From: Octopus sinensis
Taxonomy: Eukaryota
NCBI RefSeq assembly: GCF_006345805.1
Contig: NC_043011.1
Coordinates: 62,818,464-62,882,463, forward strand
Length of the DNA stretch: 64,000 nt
Direction: 5' to 3'
Shown here piece by piece: positions 60,648 through 64,000 of this stretch. The notes beneath the pieces were generated by a model. That model made no database searches, had not been told where the DNA came from, and saw only the letters and a list, made by a program, of their open reading frames with translations. The stretch's first letter is position 1. Each line of letters starts with the position of its first letter. The position numbers were made by a program, and so were the translations under genes.

Positions 60648-60820
60648 GTATGTATGTATGTATGTATGTATGTATGTATGTATGTATGTATGTATGTATG
60701 TATGTATGTATGTATGCATGTCAGTATATGTATATAAAGTGCTGTCGTGAAGACCTACAGCTGTGTCAATGTACGATGATGGCCGGCAGCACTTCTTCAG
60801 CCGTGTTAATCCCTTTCTGG

Positions 60821-60925
<105 letters not shown>

Positions 60926-61679
60926 TTACTCGTGCGCGTTTGTGTATCGGTGTTTGTCTCCTTACCAAATAAGCAATCCATACTGAATACTGTCTCACTA
61001 TCGCTGTGGTTTTCTAAATGCTCGACATAATAAGTTCAAGACGCAAAATGTGTACAAGGGTAGATGCAACTGAGCAGATCTACCCCACCTGAAATAGATT
61101 GCAACTGAACGACAGGAACAAGTAAACACGTTAGAGAGTAAAACTGAATTTTGATTAATCAAAATCTAATAAGGACATGTCGTTAAATAGGTGACTGTTA
61201 CAAGTGAAAGAACGGCGCTATGACAAACCAGAAATGGAATAAATTTGAATCAATTAAAAGTAGAAAAAAGTTGTGAATGATTTCGATAATTAGCAGAACG
61301 GTGTTAATATCCCCGGAGAGGTTTCAATCTCATTGACATCATAGAACCGAATTGTAATGTTATTATCCGTGTAGACGTGTAACTTTGTTTTTTTTCTTTA
61401 ATCACTTGTATTATGGTAATGTGATAAAATAAATGCTTGTTCGATGCTGTCTTGCTCTCAGCAAATGTTCCCATTATTATATTTATCTTTTTTGTTTTGG
61501 CGTTTGTATGTGCACGATTGAGAGTTAATGGTGATTATTATGAAAGAAGATTGATGATTAAATTAAATTTAGAAGAAAAAAAAAATTAGGCAAATAAAAC
61601 ATAAATCTATAAAAGAAAATGATTGATTGAGAAAATGAAGGCCAGAGGGGGAAAAGCTTACTGAAGTTAAACTTCTATT

Positions 61680-62400
61680 ACGAGGTGGTATCAAAACGTT
61701 GGTGGTCTAGTTATTTTTAATAAAATATAACTTATTCATTGAAGTTTCAACAAATTCTTCGAAATAGTCATTTTGTGCAGGAATAAATCGGTCTCAGTTT
61801 TCCAGCCACTTTTGGAATCCGGTCCTGAAGTTGTTTGCCGAAAGGGAGTCGATGACCTTCCGATCTGGATCTCGTCAATGGTGTTAAACCGCGACCTTTG
61901 AGCTGCCTTTTCCTCTATGGAAAGAATTGGTAGTCTGCGGGAGCTGAATGTAGCGAATAGGGCTGTTGCTGTGCGATACCATGCTGTATCTGGTAAGAAA
62001 CTCACGAATGAGGAGAGCTCGCTGACAGATGGCATTGTCGTCGTCCAGAATGCAGTTCTTCCTGCTTCACAGATCTCGAAGCTTTCAACGATTGTCCTCC
62101 CGCAAACGTTTCGAAAGTTCGCAGTTGATCTCTCGATCGGCGGTCTGGCTCTTGGGAACGATCGATTCAAACAACCGCTGATATCGAAAAAAGAAATCGA
62201 TGGACATGCTGTTGATTGAGCATGTTCGGTCATGGACAGGAAGGCATCTTCCATCGTTCACGCTGCTGCTTCGGCGCCGTAAGCTTGTTGAAACATGCTC
62301 AATACCTCTGTAGAAGATTTCCCGAATTGATCGCAAAACTTCACGTTGGCTCTTTGTTCCAACTTCCTGTACGTTACAAAATCGCAGACTACAGCATACA
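61680..62400 (-). mobile_element. Degenerate mariner element
   Basis: Terminus tacgaggtggtatcaaaa at 61680; minus-strand EQRANVKFCDQFGKSSTEVLSMFQQAYG N-terminus. Confidence 0.7.
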
Positions 62401-64000
62401 CGGGATCACAAGAACCCACAATTCACGAATTGCGAAATAAACACAGCGATGTGTCTCGGACACTCCCTTATGAAGGTCACTACCGGTCTGACATTTTAGG
62501 TGGCTGGGGTGAGACGATTGCATCAACCCCAGTACTCAACTGCTACTTATTTTTTGGGAGCCAAAAGAATGAAGGAAAACTCGATTTCGATGAAGTTTGA
62601 ACTCAGAAGTTTAATATTGTGAAGCTCTTCTGCAGCATGCTGAAGGTTCTGGCAACTAGGCACCTTTAAAATAATGCTTTCAAACTTTGGCAAATTCCCA
62701 GCAATTTCAGGAGAAGGGGCTAACTGAGCAGAATCGGTCCTGTATTTATTTGGTACTTATTTTATCGCATTGGAAAGTCGATTCGGCGGAATTTGAACTC
62801 AGGATTTATAGACTGAAAAAATGTCAGTGTGTATGATATTAAAAGATGAACGGAATGGTACTAAGTAGCCTAAAATATCGACAGTCTAGTGAGGTACATC
62901 ATTCAGTACCATAAACTGGAAACTTAATGCCTTACTGCGGGATCGATCCCGGTACGTCTGACAAAGAACTTGTGAACACTGTTATGTCTATGCCTGAAAC
63001 ATTTCAGATATGTTTTTTTTTTCCGTGTCTGCGAACTGGTTTAATGCACTTCAAATGAAACTGTCTATTTTTGTAGAGTGTTGGATTTCATGATATCTCA
63101 ACCTCTATTTTACGAGTCTTAATAAAATTGGCAAAAGCTCTGCTTTGCTTTTCATCATATGCACTACTGGTATTTTTTTCATTAGTTCCTAGTTCTTTCT
63201 TTTCTTTCTTTTTCCGCATCTCCGTTTCACTTCTGATCTAAATTGGTTTCCCCCGTCGTTTATAATTTTCCTTTCAGTATATTTTACTGCTTTCTGCACA
63301 AACACCCACATCCAACCGCCATTCTTTTTTTTGCCATAATCAAACTTCTTTACAGAAACGAACAACAAATATGTGGAAATATAAATCTATATCCATTGGA
63401 CAACGAGCAGAAACTGAGAGTTGAAACCACACAGACACACGCACACAAGCACATACAGACGCACATGGATACACACACACACACACGTGCACACAAACAC
63501 ACATACACGCACACAAACACACAGACATGCACACATAAACACTCAGGCAAACACACACATACGCGGGCAAAATATTTCATGCAGTATCACTTTAGAATCC
63601 ACCCACGTACAGCTATACATTTTCCTTCCGTGTATATGTGATTTATCTTGTATGAAATTTCCATTTTTTATATAGTCATTTGGCTTTGTTGAAGTTGATA
63701 TGCCAGCCTATTAACTGGCACATCCTAAGTATATAGACATTTACGATGCTGCCTTCGGAAAAAAAATATGATGCGTTTTATTTAATATAGCTGTTCAAGA
63801 AAACTAATTTTCCCATTTTACTGCATTGAAGATACATGAGAATTCACGGCGTGTGTTGTTAATATGTGTGCATACACACACAAACACACATACATACACA
63901 CACACACGCATAGACACACACACTCAAGCACACGCATGTGTATATGGATTACATCGACGTCAGTAGTTAACTGGTACTTATTCTATTGTTCCCCCTCCAA

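Noticed and set aside
60738-60805. Minus-strand CTGAAGA with a 7-bp agtgctg/cagcact stem
   Set aside because: The GAAA/stem III half is absent (runs into microsatellite), so it cannot be called a ribozyme

Overview
AT-rich, microsatellite-saturated animal genomic DNA, most likely Octopus (inferred from SINE types and repeat style). Almost all long ORFs in the track are microsatellite artefacts, and no host gene can be supported with confidence. Recognisable content is transposon debris: two CR1-group LINE families, an RTE RT fragment, an R4/Dong-type RLE fragment sitting in (AAT)n, several mariner/Tc1 relics, three SINE types, a Helentron/HINE-like element and a probable solo LTR. The main unexplained signal is a set of minimal type I hammerhead ribozyme (HHR) motifs (CUGAnGA ... 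GAAA-palindrome-UH). Seven are near-canonical and several more are decayed, and they belong to at least six unrelated sequence families. They sit in (TA)n-flanked fold-back or tandem-plus-inverted elements that resemble non-autonomous Penelope-like element (PLE) or retrozyme derivatives. In three places they lie at the internal TA tract of a SINE. All structures were read by eye; no folding or database search was run, and element boundaries are approximate except where motifs are quoted.
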